Part shown: positions 1-15,857 of the stretch, one piece after another | How positions within the stretch are numbered: the stretch's first letter is position 1 | How the letters are laid out: each line of letters begins with the position of its first letter | From: Peribolospora baueri | Taxonomy: Eukaryota | DNA length: 64,000 nucleotides | NCBI GenBank assembly: GCA_029717555.1 | Contig: JAMDHS010000103.1 | Span: forward strand, 1-64,000 | Reading direction: 5' to 3' | Program-made: the position numbers and the translations under genes | The notes under the pieces: model-generated | Told to the model about the DNA's origin: nothing | The model's input: only the letters and a program-made list of their open reading frames with translations | Database searches by the model: none

Positions 1-887
1 AAGATGGAGACGAATAACACGAGCTGCCCTACGAGGTGAGTGGGAGAAGAGAGCACCATCTCGGTGTTGAGTGAGCGAGAGCGAGCGAGGGGAAGGAGTT
101 GTAGAGATAGACGGGGGGGTCAGTTAGAGTGTCGTCACAGAGATGTGGGTATATAAGGGAGGGAGTCAACAAGAAAGGAGAGGATGTCCCAATGTCTTGG
201 CCTGCTTCCCACCTCGGGCTTCATATTGTCAGACAGGTCTCATCCGAAAGCGTGGTCGTAGAGGAAGAAGAAGGAACAGAGCACTGCAGCGACTAGCTAT
301 AAACACGATTCGGGTGTACGCAGAGTCGTCGCGTCGCGTTCATCCTCATCATTGTCCAACACCGTTTCATCTCTGGCTGAGTTTGGCCAGCGAGCGCAAA
401 GGTACCGCCTATCGATGATCACACCAAGGAAATCCCAAAGTATCTCAGTTCCAGAATGTCCATACCCATTGGCAAAAGAAACAAGACGCGAGGCAAAAAG
501 AAACCATCAACAAGAGCCCGCCTTTGCTGTGGCATGACATTTTCAATCACGCCGATGTGCATCTCGCATTTTTTCTTCCATGCGGAACTCCTGCGCCGCA
601 CTTCCTTGTGTTCCTCCTGGTCGAGCTGGAACGTAGTCTGTTGCATCATTGGAGCGGGGCCGCGTTCTGCTAACCCAGCCATTTGGGGATCTCGCTCTCA
701 CTCCTCTATCAAAAAACACTTTATGAGACCGCCCAAAAATCCATCTAGTCGCATTGCGCACTCTTCCATATGGAACAGAAGCGATCCGCTGACGTCACGC
801 CCATGAGACGGGAGAACATTCCGGGAGAAGATGGTCGCATTGGGAGAAGGACGGGGAAGGGCGGCCGAGCAAGGTGCCAAGACAGGC

Positions 888-3509
<2,622 letters not shown>

Positions 3510-3883
3510 CGCTGCTACTGGCTCAGAAAGAGCGAGTCCTGACGATGGGAGATAGGGTTAGAGAAGGAAGGGAGAGAGATAGCACTCGAGGTCGGACGCC
3601 GGTGCTTCGTGATTGGTCTTCGACTCGTTGTCGTCGTCGTCCGTCGGTCTTGCGATCGAAGGAGGACTGAGGCGACTCCGGCCACGTGGATGCAGCTCGA
3701 CTGCGGCACTCGCCGGGACCTGACGCCGTTTTTTTGCCGGGCCGTGCCCGTTGAGGATTTGAGGTCGCCCTTAAGAACACACACAACCAACCTCGTCCGA
3801 GTCTTCGGCCCGGTCATCGCTCGCCATTGCCACTCTCGTTTCAGCGCTTCCCCCTCGGTCTCGTAGGAAGGTTAGAAGGAATC

Positions 3884-4581
3884 ATGGGTAACGGTGCCAA
3901 GTGAGTGATCGGACGCCGTGGCGTTCACCCGCACGTCGCTCCGTCCGTTCGTTCCTTCGCCGTCCGTGCGACCACGCTCGTTCGGCTCGGGTCAAGGGAA
4001 GGGCCTCATCGCTCTATTCGCCTTTTTCTTCCTTTCCTCTCCTATCGCGTTCGATCCGACTCTGATTCCCTGGCTAAACCCAAAACAGGGCTGCCCAAAA
4101 GCGAGAGCGCAACGCCAAAGCGGCAAAGGCCGGCCCGACGTCCCAGCTCAAGGCGAACGAGGCAGCCAAGACGATCATCTGCACCGTCTGCAGGCAAAAC
4201 TTCTTACAGACCATCCGGGAGCAAGCGTGAGTATTGGTGGGGTTGTGCTTCCCCCGCTTCGGGCAGATCGGGACAGGGGACGGTGGTTGCCGTTGGGCTC
4301 TTGTGTGACGACTGATGGTTTTTTTCTCGCTCTCCCTTTCCGAACTTTGTGGTCCGGCTCGTCCAGTCTGAAGGAGCACGCCGAGAACAAACACTCGAAA
4401 GTGAGTGCGACGGTAACGCCTCGTCTAGTATTCCCTTCCTTTACCCGCTTCCCTCAGATCGCTTCACTGGTTTCTCATCGACCTTCGCGTCTTTCACCTC
4501 GCCCGTTTGTAATCCTCCCCATTCGCATCCGGCCCTTCGCAGACGCTCGCAGAGTGCTTCCCCATGTTTGTGCCCAAGTAG
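3884..4581 (+). CDS. Small C2H2 zinc-finger protein, ZNF706/At2g23090-like (4 exons, ~75 aa)
   Basis: Splicing at gtgagt...cag sites gives MGNGAKAAQKRERNAKAAKAGPTSQLKANEAAKTIICTVCRQNFLQTIREQALKEHAENKHSKTLAECFPMFVPK* (CxxC...HxxxxH). Not present as a single ORF in the track. Confidence 0.9.
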
Positions 4582-5147
4582 TGGAATCGAACTGCACATT
4601 CGGTCTCACCGGCCGCCGACCTGTCCGCTCGCGTGTCGGCGCTCCTCTCGGATCGGGATCGATCTCCCACCGCTCCCACACTGCTCCACCTCCCTCTCAT
4701 CTCTTATCGTTACGGGCTCAACGGTCTCTCGTCTATACCTTTTCAACCCCCGCCCTCCTTCTTCGCCGCTTCGTACGTCCGCCTTTGCGCGCCCTCGTAT
4801 CGCATGTACTCTGTGTACGAGTTACTGTAACGTGTGACGTAACGTCATCACGGTGAGAAGTTTTGTCGTTTGTTCGGAACGCGGCGACTCGATTTGTTGC
4901 TAGAGAGACGGTCAGAATGTTTATTAGACTGCATGTGCACGATCGAATCGGGCACGCACTGAAGGAGAAGGCTCGCTGCGATGCGAGGCACGTCACCGTT
5001 GCCTCCATTGCTCCTCGCTCGACCGAAAGCGCAGTGGGGGGGGGGGCACAATGAATATGTACGAAACAAGTTGAAGCAGAAAGAAAGAGGTATTCGTCGA
5101 CGGATATCTTTAACTAAAACGCTCCATCCTCTCTGCCTCGAAAGCGT

Positions 5148-6637
5148 TCAAACCGCCTCGACGACCAACCGATGCCCACCGCCGGCGACCATCATGCCAC
5201 CGCCACCACCCATGGCCGCCTTGCCTTGCCTCCTCCCCATCCTGTGCGCCTCCTTCTCCATCCGCCTCGACGACCTCCTAGCTTCCTTCTCCATCCGCCT
5301 CGACGACCTCCTAGCTTCCTTCTCCATCTTCCTCGCGCTCCTCTCCATCCGCTTCCCCGCTTTCCTACCTTCCCTCTCGGCCCTCTCCCACCCGCGCCTC
5401 TCTCTCTTCTCCTTCTTTCGCATCTTCTTGGCCGCCTTGCGCTCTGCCTTGCTCATGACCATTCCAACCATTGGGCCTGGGTAGGTTGCGTGGACGTTGG
5501 ACGTGCCATGATGGTTACGCTTGGAATGAGACTTGCCGGAGGACGAGGAGGAAGACGAGGAGGAGGAGGAGGAAGACGAAGAAGACGACGAGGAGGAGAT
5601 GGAAGAGCGTCGAGAACATTTCTTCGTCGAGGCGCAACGATCGGCGTGGGCGGCATCGTAGGAGAAAGAAGCTCGTGCGAGGGTGATTCGGATGCCTGTG
5701 TCAGATCAGATCAGACGCGACGCCGAGGATCCAGTCCAAGCGACCGGGCGGTCGGTTAGCTTCTTGACCTCGTCTCGCCGTATGCGAGGAGCGACGAGAC
5801 GGAAGGAAATGCTCACGACGGGGAGCGAAAAAGTGGGCATTCCACGAGTCGACGAGCCTGGCCACGACACGCGGGTCCACCTGCGACCGAGCCGACAAAC
5901 GTTGGACGGTGAGTGCTGTCATCGCGTCGTGCCCGTCATGGCCTCCCCCCCCACTTTGCCTCCATCCTCACCTCTCTGGGAGGAGCAGGGACGCCGGGGA
6001 ACATGGTCATGCTCTGCGATCCGGCGCCCTGCGTCCTAGCGACGGCGTTGGCGTCGTCAAGGAACCTTGTCCATTCCTCCCGCCTCACGTCGTGTGCCGA
6101 CAGCGTGGCGGACATGTGCGGTGCGAGGTGAGTGTGAAAGCCATGAGCGAGGGAGGGACCGTTGGAGGGTATGGCGAACGGAGCGAATGGGATGTACGGA
6201 GCGGGCTCGGGTCGGCGCTGGAAGCAGGGCGGAGGAGCAAGAAGGGCAAGGGGGTGGTGGTGACTGCGCGGAGCGGCCCCACCTGCTCTGCTGCTGGTCG
6301 ACGACGCTGGCGGCGGCCCAGGAGGCGGCCGGAAGGGTGTTTGGGAGGCCGTGGCCGTGCGTGTGTGAACGTCATGGGCAGGCGTGGGCGGGAGACGCTT
6401 CTCGTCCGAGGGCGGGTACGGACGAGAGGGGGACAAATACGTCGGCGGAGGCGCACCCGTTTGTCGGTGAGAAGGAGGATGAGGTTGAGGCTGAAGGGAG
6501 GGATGATGAAGAGCGAACGCGGTCTGATGATGGCCGCCAGGCTGCTGCTGCGATGCCTGATGGGGAGGAAAAGGTTGCACAGCGAGCTGAAGGTCATAGA
6601 CGATGACTTCGTCATAAGAGGGAGGGAGGTCAGACAT
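5148..6637 (-). CDS. Hypothetical fungal protein (Pro-rich N-terminus, Ser-rich and Lys/Arg-rich C-terminus; 3 exons)
   Basis: ORFs 5936..6637, 5701..5922 (part) and 5148..5471 join in frame via two GT-AG introns: ...HDVRREEWTRFLDD...|VDPRVVARLVDSWNAHFFAPR|RIRITLAR...RLVVEAV*. Confidence 0.72.
5251..5328. repeat. 33-bp coding tandem repeat (2.4 copies)
   Basis: tccttctccatccgcctcgacgacctcctagct repeated exactly; encodes MEKEARRSSRR repeats on the minus strand. Confidence 0.9.
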
Positions 6638-7241
6638 GGACGATCGTGGAGGGCGGTATCGACGATGGCGACCGGCGACGACGTTGGAATAAAGGCGAGA
6701 AGAAAAGCGGTGACGGTGGTGACAGTGGTGATAACGACGATGACGACGACGACGACGAAGCAGAAGTACTAACGCCGCCGCCTTTCATCGCCGCTTGCGT
6801 TTTGTCTCGGCCTTGGCTGGTCGCTGGGCAAGAGGCTGTGCAGCCCCAGCTAGCGAGAAGGCGCACTGCGGCGCGGGGACACCGAAACAGCCAGAGCCGA
6901 ATCGGGATGGGAGTAGACAGACAGATAGATAGATAGATCATCGGTGACGAGGACGCGACCCCATTCGGAACGACTCTACGGAGCTAGATAGCAAGCAGAC
7001 TGGCACCGAGCAGAGCAGCGCGCGAGGGAGGAGAAGGAGAAGGAGATTCCGCCTATGAAGGAAGCAGAGGAGAGGATAGGAGAGGACGTGCGCCGGTCAA
7101 CGACGAGTTAAAGGAAGAAAAAGTACAGGCAGGGTATATGAAAAAAAGGTCTACGACGGATGGATGCACAAGGAAAGCAAAATGTCGTCGGGACACGCCG
7201 TCAAACGCAAACCGGGTCGAACCAGCGCGGCCCACGAACGC

Positions 7242-10200
7242 TCATTCGTCATCGTCCGTGTCGGGCTCGCGTTCGCCTAGAAGGCGCGCAAGGAAGGCAA
7301 GGCAAGGCAAGCAGCGGCGAGGTCAACAAGCAGTCGACAAAATACACGCCGTCCCACATCCACCGACTCACCTCCGTAGGAGAGGAACTTGTTCAACCTG
7401 AGCCTCCGCCGTTCGGCTTGGGCCTTGACCTCATTGCGCGTCTATCGTCGTCGGCAAGAGAGGATCGCAACACAAGAGGTCAGAACGACGACAGCGGGTC
7501 TTGATCCATTCATCCGAATGGCGCAAACTCGCTAGCTAGCTCACCATCTTCTTCTTCTTCTTTGGCTTCGCCTTGATCTTACTGATGTCGTCATCGTCAC
7601 TCTGCGCCGGCGTCGTCGCAGCGCTCGTGACCGCGCTCGTGGCAGCGCTGGCGGCGGCACTCGGCGCGGCACTCGGCGCGGCACTCGGCGCGACGGAAGC
7701 GGGGTTGCTGGCGTCGTCTCCGAACGCGTTCTCGTTCACCAACGTCTTACCCTTGTGGGTAATCCGGCCGGCTTCGACGTGCCAGATCTCGGGACAGAGC
7801 GCGGAGACGAACTCGTGGTTGTGAGAGATGATCACCACCGCTCCGGCCCAATCGCGAATCGCCACCGCCAGTCCGCCTAGTGCCTCGCGATCAAGGTAGT
7901 TTGTAGGCTCGTCCAGCACCAGCACTTGCGGGTTGTTCCACAGCGCCGCGGCTGTGGGCGGAAAAAGCGGCAAGTGGAAACAGAAACCGTTCAGTCAACC
8001 CTATCTTGGCGTAGTTCGGCGCTCCAAAACGGCATCCACACTCACCGAGCACGACCTTGACCTTCTGTCCACCCGACAAGCCACTCATTTCGTGGTGGTC
8101 CGCGATATCACCATGGAGACCGACGGCCTCGAGGTGCTGTCGAATGAGCTTGGCCGACAGCTCCCTCGATCCAGCTCCTTCGCGCGACGACTCGAAATCG
8201 TCAAACTGCTGCACGAGCTTGGAGAAGCCGAGCTCGATCAATCGTTCGCGAGGGATCCAGGTGTTGTATTTGTGCAGGAGACCCTTCCACTTGATTTCGT
8301 ATGAGAAGCTGTCGTCGAGGGAGGGAGGGTGCCATCGATCGATGGAACAAAAGATCGATGAGCCACGCGGATCCCAAGAGCAAAGAAGGACGACGAGCGA
8401 GCGAGCGACGTACCTCTTCTTCTGCTTCGTCCGTCCTACGATACACTCCACCTTCCTCTTCTCCCCAGTGTTCGCCTCGATCGCAACATCCATCTGCGCC
8501 TCCTCCGCGGCGGTGAGCTTCCTCGTGGCCTTCTCAGTAACCTCGCGATCGTGGCCGTCTTGGTACCTCCATTGGATGTACTGGTTCGGCGTCTTCTCGA
8601 GGTGCTGCTCGAGATGGTGGAACGCGTGCTGGGCCATCATAGCCATTCGCAATGCCGGGTGCTTCTCCACCTTGCCCTCTTGCGGGATCAACTCGCCGGT
8701 GAGGAGCTTGATCAGCGTAGACTTGCCAGCACCGTTGGGACCCAATACTCCGACGCGAGACGAGAGCGACACGGCGCAGGACGCGTTGTGCAGCGATGGC
8801 TTGGAGGCGCCCGGGTACGTAAAGGTGCAGTTGGTCATCTTGAGGATGGAGCGAGTGTTGGATCGGACGCCCATGAGCGAGCCGGGTGGGGGAAAAGAGA
8901 ACTTGACCGTCGTGGCAGCGAGAGTGTAGTATGACTTTGCTTCCGGGTGCAACGCGACGAAGCTGCCACAAGCGAGAAGTGAAGCAAGAGACGTATGTGA
9001 TGAGCCCTTCGATCCCATATTGACAAGTGATCCAGGCACGCCGCGCCCCGGCGATGCTCACGCGCTGAGGTTACCCTTATAATATTTGATCTTCTTGTTC
9101 TCGTAGTGCATAATGTCCGTGCACACATTGTCCAAGAATCCAGAGTCGTGAGAGACGGTGAGCACGGTAATGTTGTCGTTGGAGACGAGGTAGTTCTCCA
9201 ACCACGCCACGCTTTGCACGTCCAAGTGGTTCGTGGGTTCGTCGAGGAGGAGGATATCGGCGCCGATGAGCATCGCGCGCGCAAGAGCCAGCTTCATCTT
9301 CCAACCTCCCGAGAGCGAGCCGACGGCTTCCTTTTGCCGCTCGTCCGTGAAGCCTACTGAGCGGAGCGTCTCGGCGACCTGCTTTCGGGTGGTGTGTTGC
9401 AGCTGGGGGTCCTGTGCGACAAAGTCGATGATGGCCGACTCGGCGGCCTCGCCTTGGAAACGCGAAACCAAGCGACTCGTGAGCTTCTCCCTTCTCACCC
9501 CACCGCCCCGCTTCTTCTTTTGTTGTCATGTAGACCTTAGACTCACCCTGATTGTGCTCCACCATGACGGTCTTCACTTTGTCGGGACCTGGGAAGCCCT
9601 CGACCTTTCCATCGCGAATGGCCTTGAGCAAGGTAGACTTGCCTGCGCCGTTGGCGGCACAGACACCGTAACGATGGCCGCGGTGGAGCTTAAGCGTGGT
9701 GTGGTTGAGGAGGAGAAGACCTCCGTAGGCGAGGGAGAAGAGCGTGTTGCAAAGCTCTTCGCCAGTCGTTTCGTCATCCACGTACTCAGCTGGATACTTG
9801 AGCTGCGTGGTCACAAAAAAACGGAAGAGGGGACAGGAACGCGAACGTAAGATCGACTCATCCATCCCAATTCCAATCCCAGCGTCTGTTCTCCCCCGCA
9901 AGACGTCCGCGCACGAGCCATCACAGCCACAGCTTCTCTGCTCACCTTGTCGATCTGCACGAATTGCCTCCTCACCCTTTCCGCAACTTCGGCGGCCCCT
10001 TTACCGTCGACGAACCACGCCAAATAAGGCACGAGATGGACTTGTTCCCAAAGCGTCTCGTTAAACTCCCTCTTTCTCGCCAGACGGACCAACATGCCGG
10101 CGACATAGTTGAGGCTGGTGAGCAGGAAAGCATCGCTCTTGGGGTTTTCATGCGCGGGAGGGCAGAAAGGCGTCAATTCGGCGAGGAGGAGGTCGAGGGC

Positions 10201-11547
10201 CGAGGAGCGCTCGGAAACGAAGACGGCGCGGTGGGCCGCTTCGAGCTCCTTCTCCGCCGCTTCGATTTGCGCTTTGCCGCTAAGTGGAGTTGTGGTGCCG
10301 TTGGTCGTCTTGGCGGGCGTTTGCGGGGAATCGGAGGCGGAAAGCTCGGCACCGGCCGCCTTGAGGGTAGCGAGTGCCTTGGAGGCGAACTCACGCACTT
10401 CGGGGAAGGAGGCCTGCTCGTAGATGCGCTGCACGCCTGGGGTGAGGGCGGGAAGAAAGCGAGAGGCTTCACGAGCGTTGCGGACGAGCTTGCACAGGTC
10501 TGCGGAAGCGGGCAAATGAGGGAACGGTCAGATGTCTCTGGAGGGGCACATGCAATCTAAGGAGCTACTCACTGTCGACGATGATCACCGTCATCCTCTG
10601 TACGTTCTGACTCCGATCGTTGAGAGCCCTGAGCAAGAGCGGAACCATGACAGCGAGGGCAGGGCCAGTGACTTCTGCGACAAAGGTGGTGCTCGAGAGC
10701 TTTTTTATCACGTTGGCAACCTCGTCGGGTCGGGCCATACAGCCGACGAGGGAGGGAATGTGAGGTGCGATGTCGCGGTTGTCGATGACAGCGCACACCT
10801 TTTCGGCCGACTTGATACCCGCTTTGGAGACCTATGTGGTTGAGTGGGATTGAAATCCGAAAGTTGGTCAACGCACAGGCGACGACAGCGCAAGTGAAAA
10901 AATACGTCAAGACAAGACTGTCTGCTCCGCTTACTACTACTCACCTCAGGTTTGGTATCATGCATGCCGATGGTCAGCCTAGGGATGATTTCCACCATCT
11001 CTTCTCCCACTTGCTCTTGCTTCGACGAAGCGAGTTTGGCGAGCAGCTTGAGCGCTCCCACCTTGCCCTTCCACTTGGCAGAGCCGCTCTCGATCACGCC
11101 GTAGAGCACTTGAAGAAGCTCGCCAGTGCCTTCAGGCGGGGGAAGAGCGATGAGCGCGTTGGCAGCCGCCTCAGCTGCCTCGCGCACCACGTCACCCTTG
11201 TCGGCGTAGAGGTCCAGGAGGGTGGGCAGGACGGGGAGGAAGTAAGGCTCGGCGCCGCTTCCGCTCTTTTGACCGCCACTCCGGCCGACCTTCCTGAAGA
11301 GGGTCTCAAAAGCGACGGCGGCCGCCTCGCGCTCGTACCCGCTCTTCTTGTTCGTCGCCGATTTGGTAAGGCTCTCTATAATCCCGTACGTCTCTAGGGA
11401 GCGTAGGCCGGCCCTGTTAACAAAGCCAGCGAGCTTGTCCGCCTGTCGCTGACATTCTTCGGCGGAAGGCGCTTTGTAGAGTTGGGAAAGAATCTCGGAC
11501 GGCGTCTCGGCGACGCCATCGGTCGTAGGAACGGCTTCTGAGGCCAT
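7242..11547 (-). CDS. NEW1: ABCF ATPase of the eEF3 family, New1/Elf1 type (HEAT repeats, two ABC domains, chromodomain insert)
   Basis: Two Walker A motifs (ANGAGKST, GPNGAGKST), signatures LSGGWKMK and LSGGQKVK, and two DEPTN motifs. GVRSNTRS and the C-terminus KKKKKMTRNEVKAQAERRRLR...EPDTDDDE* resemble New1/Elf1 rather than Yef3. Confidence 0.9.
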
Positions 11548-12375
11548 CTTGAAGGTCGTGGGGAAAAAAAAATTTTCTAAAGGTCTACGGTGAGGGTGTG
11601 GGACTTTGACGGGAGGATGAGTGGGGGCGTGGTGAGAGAGAAGGGGAAGCCAGGCGGGGGGCGTCTATCCGTACGTTCCGTTCGAGCTGTGTGCCGCCGT
11701 TCTAGCGAAAGTCGATCCACGAGTGTGCTCGACTGCGAGCGCTCTGGGAAGAAATGAAGAACGGCAAAGAAAGAAGGAAGGAAAAGAGAGAGAGAAGGAG
11801 GCGAATGGTGGCGAATGGTGGCGGTCGTCGTCGCTGCTTCCTCGTCCACTGCTTCCGTCTCGGCCGGTCTTCCTGTGCCAACATTTTTTGTCGGTAACCC
11901 TACCATGATCGACGAACACGTGCTCGCTGCCTTGAGGTCGTTGGAGGCCGGTTTGGAAACAGGCAACCTTACAATGTCTCCTGTAGACGCTCTGTTCTCT
12001 CACGCTCACCTCCTTCGTCGAGCCTGTCAAGCACCAAAAGGTCGGTTATACCTGGTGCCGACATTCGCGTGCGGTGTATAGTGTGTAGAGGATATATACC
12101 CGAGCGCGAACATGATGACGAGGGGTGGCCGCAAGATGGCTGTCCAATAGCGACACGACTTCCATCCATCCGCTGTTCTTTCCGCCATCTGGACTGGGCC
12201 ATATAGCCGAGGTCAGCGTTTGTAATACGTCGTGGAGGGTCATGTCATTTGTGCTGTCGCTTCCTTGGCCATGCCGGCCTAGCACAGCCCAGGTTAGTCC
12301 TCTTAGACACGACACGATACGTCCTCCGTTCCCTCCTTCACGCGTTCCGGCGTCCGTGTTCTGAGCCAAATAGCG

Positions 12376-13371
12376 TCAGGGGAGGACAAAGGTGGCGCTC
12401 CAAACAGGCATGGCCTGCACCCTGTCCGTCTCCTCCACGGCCGTCTTGAGCGAATCCAGAAGGGCGCTGACGAGCGATAACCCGCTCTCTCTGGGCCGGC
12501 GTGGTCTAGGCGCGAGGACAAGGCGCGCGCGGCGGAGACCTCCCACCTGCCGTCGTCGATCTGGGGCCGGTCGAGGACGGTGTGGAAGGCGAGCTTGGCC
12601 TGCTCGGCGAGCTGGACGACACGTGCGGGAGAGAAGAGGGTGCGGATGTTGGACTGGAGTTCGGACCCTGGCGAAGAGGACTGGAAGGCGGCCAGAGCAA
12701 AGGCGGCGAGGAGGTGGGGAAAGTCGTGCTTGTCGGTGCTCGGAGAGCGTACTCTGCAAAGTGAATCCTGTCGATGCCGGCCTTTTTTATGGCGACGAAG
12801 ATGTCGAAGAGGACGGTGGGGGAGGAGAAGTACCAGGAGGAGTGGGCGAGGACGGCGGAGGTGAAGAGTGTGCGGGGACGGAAGCGAGGTAGACGAGCGG
12901 CGAGGCTTGGACGAAGGATAGGTAGGGCCCGAGCGGCGAGTTGCGCAGCTTCGCTTGGGCCTGGCCGAGCGTCTCGGGCGAGCCTACGACGGAGGGGTGG
13001 GTGGGTATGGTGGGACGATCAGAGGGTGCCTGCGCAGGCGAACGAAGACGAGGAGTCAAAGGTGGTTTGGTTGCGTGCGACGGACGGTCGGCTCACCGTA
13101 GTCCAACGAGGCGGGGTCGAGGCCGACGACCTGGCCGTTGCCGTTCGTGCCCACGTCGCCGAGACCGACCTGGGAGCACGGCGGTGGCGTCGCCCAGGCC
13201 GCAACCGATGTCGAGGACGCGATCGCCGGGCTGGATGTTCCAGCCTCGGAGGAGACGGATGCGGTGCTCGACCTGGCTGAGGTACGTGGCGTAGAAGGGC
13301 GCGATCGCCTCTGCGGTCAACACTTGGGGCCACATTAGGGGGGGGGCGGTGCAGAGCGGCGCCGTTCTCAT
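12376..13371 (-). pseudogene. Class I SAM-dependent methyltransferase (UstM-like family), interrupted by four frameshifts
   Basis: Motif I VLDIGCGLGD, then in successive frames VVGLDPASLDYG|SPETLGQAQ, AVLAHSSWYFSSP, FPHLLAA...SNIRTLFSP...DGRWEV and AMPVWSATF*. One GT-AG intron at 12984-13096. Confidence 0.8.
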
Positions 13372-13795
13372 CTTCTTATGTCAGTGGTCAGCCGCGTCGC
13401 TCCGTTCCGTCGAGCGAACGTTTGTGATTGTGCGTCACTCTGCGTCTGCACCAAGCCGATGGTGGTGGTCGTCATTGTTGGTTTGGTCCGCCGACTTGAC
13501 GACGTCGCCGGCCGCTGTCTCGCTGTGGCCCGTCGCGCGACCGCTGCTGCGGCGCATGACCTCACCATCACGTGCTTGCCCTCCCCGCGATCACCACTCA
13601 CAACAGAGCGAGTCGATGGCGGTGACGACGGCGGCGAGCATCGCACAAACGAACGCCGTCGCACATCGTCGCCGCTTTCCGTTTCTCATGGCCATCTCGC
13701 CCCGCGCTTCGTGATGGACAACGGTCCCTCCTCCTTACACACAAACGACCACCACCACCACCACCACCACCCGCCGGTCCGTCCAGCATGACAGC

Positions 13796-15765
13796 ATGAC
13801 CCGCCGACGCCGTACACGAAACCAGCTTACTCTCTCCTTCTTGCACGTCTCGCTTCTCTTTGCCGCTCTCCTCGACTCGCCACAGCCGTCGAGCGCCTTC
13901 TGGCCGATTCCTCCCCCCCTGCCGCCTCCTCCGGCCCCCGCACCCTTTCTCCCGTACGCCCTCGCACCCGCACCGTGGCCGCTATGGCCGTGGCCCAATC
14001 CGCCCTCCTACGCCGCCTGGCCCTCCGCGGCCCCCCCTCCAACCGCCCCGACCGCTCCGACCGCCGGCACGGCCGACTCCGCCCAAGCGTCCAAGCGTGC
14101 CCGCGCCATCTCCCTCCTCTCCTCCTACGAGTCCGGCCTCTCCTCTCTCATCGATCGCCGACGCTCCTCCTTTGTTCGCAAGCTCGCTGACCTCAGGGAC
14201 CGGGCGATCGACGAGATCAAGTCCAGGAGGCTCGCCGGTAGGTTGGACGAGTTGGAGCACGAGCTCGACACCGTCGCGGCCCGCCTCGAGGGGTCCGACT
14301 CGCGCTCAGGTTCGCTCTCGCGCTCGAAGGACGACAAGAGGAGGAGGCAAGGCTTTGCTCAGGTCGCTGACGAGGCGTTTGAGCTTGCCTTGGCGGGCGA
14401 CGAGCAGCCCGACGGAGGCTTGTTTGCAAGCTGGAACTGGAACTGGGGCAAGGGCGGCGGCGGTGTGGGCTGGGAGAGGGTGCGAACGAGGGTGAAAGAG
14501 GTGGAGAGGGAGCTCGATCGAGCGGAAAAGTCCCTGCTCGAGGGCGCGAGACGCTTGGAGAGGGACGCTAGGGCGTTCGGCGAACGCCACAACGCCAGGG
14601 AGAGGGCCGCCGTGGCCGAGGTAAAGAAGGAAGTGGACGCATACGTGAGCAAGGCGCAAGGCGACTTGGATTGGAACATGTCCCGCGACGTCGACGGCGT
14701 CGGATACGACGATTGGCAACGGTGAGTTTGTTCTCGCCATCCGACGAAAAATGGTTCTTGAAGCTCAACGAATGCATTTTCTCCGACCAAAAAAAAATTA
14801 GCTACCATGCACTCAAAGACCGCACAGACGCCTTCATCTCCGAGGTCGTCTCGCTCCAGCAAGACCAGTACCTGCCCTCCCTTGGCACGATCGACACGCT
14901 CCGACGCCGCTTCTCCTCTTTCTCCAACCTCCTCTCTTCCTCCGCTTCCCTATCCGTCACCCCGGACGTTCAAGCCTCGGTCAATGCGCTCCGGGAGGAC
15001 GCGGAGCACTTTGGCAGAGTCATTGTGCCGAGGCGGTCGGAGGAGGTTAGGGAGAGGGGCAAGAGTGCCGTCGAGCTTTCCTGGAAAGAGGGTGCAGCGG
15101 AAAGGCTTAGGCGGTTGGAGGTCGCGCAAGAGGCGGCGGCGCAGGCGCGGGAGGAGGAGGGGGAGGGCGCGCACGAGGCCGAGGAGATCATGGCGGAGGA
15201 GAGGAGGGCCACGAGGGAAGAACGGATCCGGGCGGAAGAGGCGGCGGCGGAGGAGGAGAAGTGGCGACGGAGGAGGGAGTACGAGGAAGAAGAGGAGGAG
15301 AGGGAGAGGAGAGATGTCGAGAGGCTTCGTAAGGCGCTCGAAAGGGAGTGGGCTAGGGCTGACGATGGGGCGGAAGAAGGATATAGGCGACGGTGGAGGG
15401 ATGAAACGTCGGATGAGGTGGACGCGCTCGAGAGAGCGCGAGGGCGAGAGAGGGAGAAGGAGTGGGTTAGGGAGTGGGAGGCGGAGAAGGAGAAGGAGAG
15501 GGAGAAGGAGGAGGAGGTGGAGCGGCGGAGGGACCGAGCGTGGCGCCGACGCACAGAGACCGTCACCTCCACTGTCTGGGACACCGCCGAGCCGTCTCCT
15601 CGACCGAGACCGACGGAGGACGGGACGCAGTCAGACGAGCACGAAGAGACGCCCATCACGTCGACCGCGACGGTGACCGTGACCGTGACGCGGACCGAGC
15701 CGCCGACGATCACTGCGGAAGAGGAAGAGCACGTCACGACAACGCGATTGAGGGACGAGCTGTGA
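13796..15765 (+). CDS. Secretory-pathway coiled-coil protein, She10-like, with C-terminal RDEL (2 exons)
   Basis: Hydrophobic N-terminal segment; DGVGYDDWQR|YHALK across an intron resembles the She10-family DGVTYxDWxxYHxL motif; Glu/Arg-rich coiled coil; ends in RDEL*. Confidence 0.68.
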
Positions 15766-15857
15766 AGAAAAGCTGACCAAGTACGGAGCAGAGACAAAAA
15801 ACCGCGCCCACAGGTGCGTGAAGGGGCAAACAAGCAAACAAGCAAGCAAGCAACGTT

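Noticed and set aside
1..800. Lower-GC stretch with a G-run, a TATATAA at ~150 and several short ORFs; possible LTR or TE relic
   Set aside because: No TG...CA bounded repeat, primer-binding site or recognisable protein motif in any frame.
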